IMG/VR virus record: IMGVR_UViG_3300031616_000001
Coordinates: 32,001-96,000 of that record
Source: a virus
DNA length: 64,000 nt
Direction: 5' to 3' (one strand)
Every line of letters begins with the position of its first letter. The first letter of the stretch is position 1. Made by a program: the position numbers and the translations under genes. The notes below the pieces were generated by a model that was given only the letters and a program-made list of their open reading frames with translations, was not told where the DNA came from and ran no database searches. This document shows, in pieces, positions 62,628 through 64,000 of this stretch.

Positions 62628-63357
62628 AGACGGTGATGCGCGCGACCGAGTAGTCCGTCATGGCCGCGATGGCCGTGACGGTCGCGACGGGAAGGATGGC
62701 GAGCCGGGACCGCTGGGTGATACCGGTCCGCGAGGGAAAGATGGCTGCGACGGCAAGAGTGTCACGCCCGAAGATCTGCGACCGATGGTGCAGGCGCTCG
62801 TCGAGCGCATCGTCGCCGATACGCCAGCGGATCTGCAGAAAGACAACGGCGACCTGCTCGCGCAGATCCGGGACCTCGTGGCTGCCGCGGTGGCGCGGAT
62901 CGAAATGCCGCCCGGGCCGAAGGGCGACGACGGCGCCAAAGGCGAACACGGCGAACGCGGCCCGCGTGGTTTCAAGGGCGAGCGCGGCGACAACGGCGAG
63001 CGCGGACCGACGGGCCCCATGGGGCCTATGCCGCAGCACGAATGGGACCGCACAAGGATTCGATTCGAAGAGTCGCCCGGTGTCTGGGGCGACTGGGTCG
63101 ACCTTCGCGGCCCGCGTGGGCTATCCGGTGGCGGTGGCGGCGGTTCTGCACCGGCCGAACCTACGGCGCCGCCGTTCGATCTCGACTCACTCGGCTTGGC
63201 AGATCCGCTGGTCACGCCCGAAGAGACCATCGTCAAACAGAACGGCGTGTGGCTTCGCATGCGATGGGACGACTTCCTCGCGCTCGTCGGCGCTCCGCCG
63301 CCAACAGGACAGAGGTATGCCGATGACTATGCCGATCAATACACCGTTTACGAGTAG
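62617..63357 (+). CDS. Collagen-like (Gly-X-Y) virion protein
   Basis: GRDGRDGKDGEPG and GPKGDDGAKGEHGERG runs. Confidence 0.75.
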   Translation: MSNEDGDARDRVVRHGRDGRDGRDGKDGEPGPLGDTGPRGKDGCDGKSVTPEDLRPMVQALVERIVADTPADLQKDNGDLLAQIRDLVAAAVARIEMPPGPKGDDGAKGEHGERGPRGFKGERGDNGERGPTGPMGPMPQHEWDRTRIRFEESPGVWGDWVDLRGPRGLSGGGGGGSAPAEPTAPPFDLDSLGLADPLVTPEETIVKQNGVWLRMRWDDFLALVGAPPPTGQRYADDYADQYTVYE

Positions 63358-63360
63358 CGC

Positions 63361-64000
63361 ATGACGGGTATCACCTATCGCTCAGATCAGACGCGCAACC
63401 TCAGCGCGTCGGAGGTCGACGGCAACTTTCTGCAGCTGACGCAGAACAAGGTCGAGACTTCGGTCTACAGCGCGCTCGCGGCTGCCGTGCTCGGCCTGGC
63501 CGCGATCAGCGCGATCGCCGCCGGCACGACAGATCTGACGGCCGGCACGCTGTCATTCGGAAATTCCAACGGCGTGACCTTCGGGCTCAACGGCGCCACG
63601 CTGACGGCCTCGGTGCGCACCGACTACCTCACCACGGCCGCGCTCAGCGGCCATTCGCACGGCAACCCGACGCTCGCCCTCACGAACCTCAGCGGCAGCA
63701 CGGCGTCAAACAGCGCGGGCCTCACGCTGTCGCTATCGGCGGCCGCGCCCGGCGCCGGCGCGGGGATCTCGGCGGCCGGCTCGTCGCAGAGCAACGGCAC
63801 GATCGTCTTCTCGAACAGCAATGGGCTGTCGTTCGGCATGAACGGCAGCACTGTCACCGGATCGCACAACGGCCTCACCACCGCCGCGCAGTCGAACCAC
63901 TCGCACGGCAACCCTACCCTGGCGCTGACGAACCTCAGCGGATCGACGGCTTCAAACAGCGCCGGCCTGACGATCAGCTTGTCGGCGGCGCCGCCAGACG
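63361..64000 (+). CDS. Fibre-like protein, truncated at window edge
   Basis: MTGITYRS...EVDGNF start; repeated HSHGNPTLALTNLSGSTASNSAGLT block; frame open to end. Confidence 0.7.
   Translation, partial: MTGITYRSDQTRNLSASEVDGNFLQLTQNKVETSVYSALAAAVLGLAAISAIAAGTTDLTAGTLSFGNSNGVTFGLNGATLTASVRTDYLTTAALSGHSHGNPTLALTNLSGSTASNSAGLTLSLSAAAPGAGAGISAAGSSQSNGTIVFSNSNGLSFGMNGSTVTGSHNGLTTAAQSNHSHGNPTLALTNLSGSTASNSAGLTISLSAAPPD

Noticed and set aside
1-64000. Integrase, att site, lysis cassette or reverse transcriptase
   Set aside because: No ORF with recognisable motifs in the window; temperate lifestyle is inferred only from the cI/cro-like switch

Overview
GC-rich segment of a lambdoid-organised, HK97-type tailed phage or prophage; the host is probably a betaproteobacterium (inferred from an MHFG-type PEP-CTERM gene). 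No integrase, lysis or tail-tube genes fall inside the window. Layout: leftward early arm with RecT and YqaJ exonuclease (1-14.8 kb), cI/cro-like switch (~16 kb), rightward methylase/replication/nin-like arm (17-32 kb), accessory block (32-40 kb), second leftward early operon (41-55 kb), then HNH, terminases, protease-capsid fusion, portal and fibre-like genes (55.6-64 kb). Four non-coding architectures stand out. (1) Four arrays of 5-nt GGY-NN units with structured tails flank a 220-aa RAMP/Cas7-like gene (8.3-9.4 kb), a candidate RNA-guided system with a non-contiguous code. (2) Five Y-RNA-like units with a covarying scaffold and tRNA-like cargo lie directly upstream of a Ro60/TROVE gene and a nucleotidyltransferase (32.1-35.7 kb). 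(3) A run of integron attC-like sites delimits phage gene cassettes, one carrying a distorted tRNA-Arg(UCU)-like element (38.5-39.7 kb). (4) About 20 co-oriented copies of GGAWTGCGTAGSCRGGGG are concentrated in 41.5-50.1 kb. All family assignments come from motif recognition by eye, with no database search.
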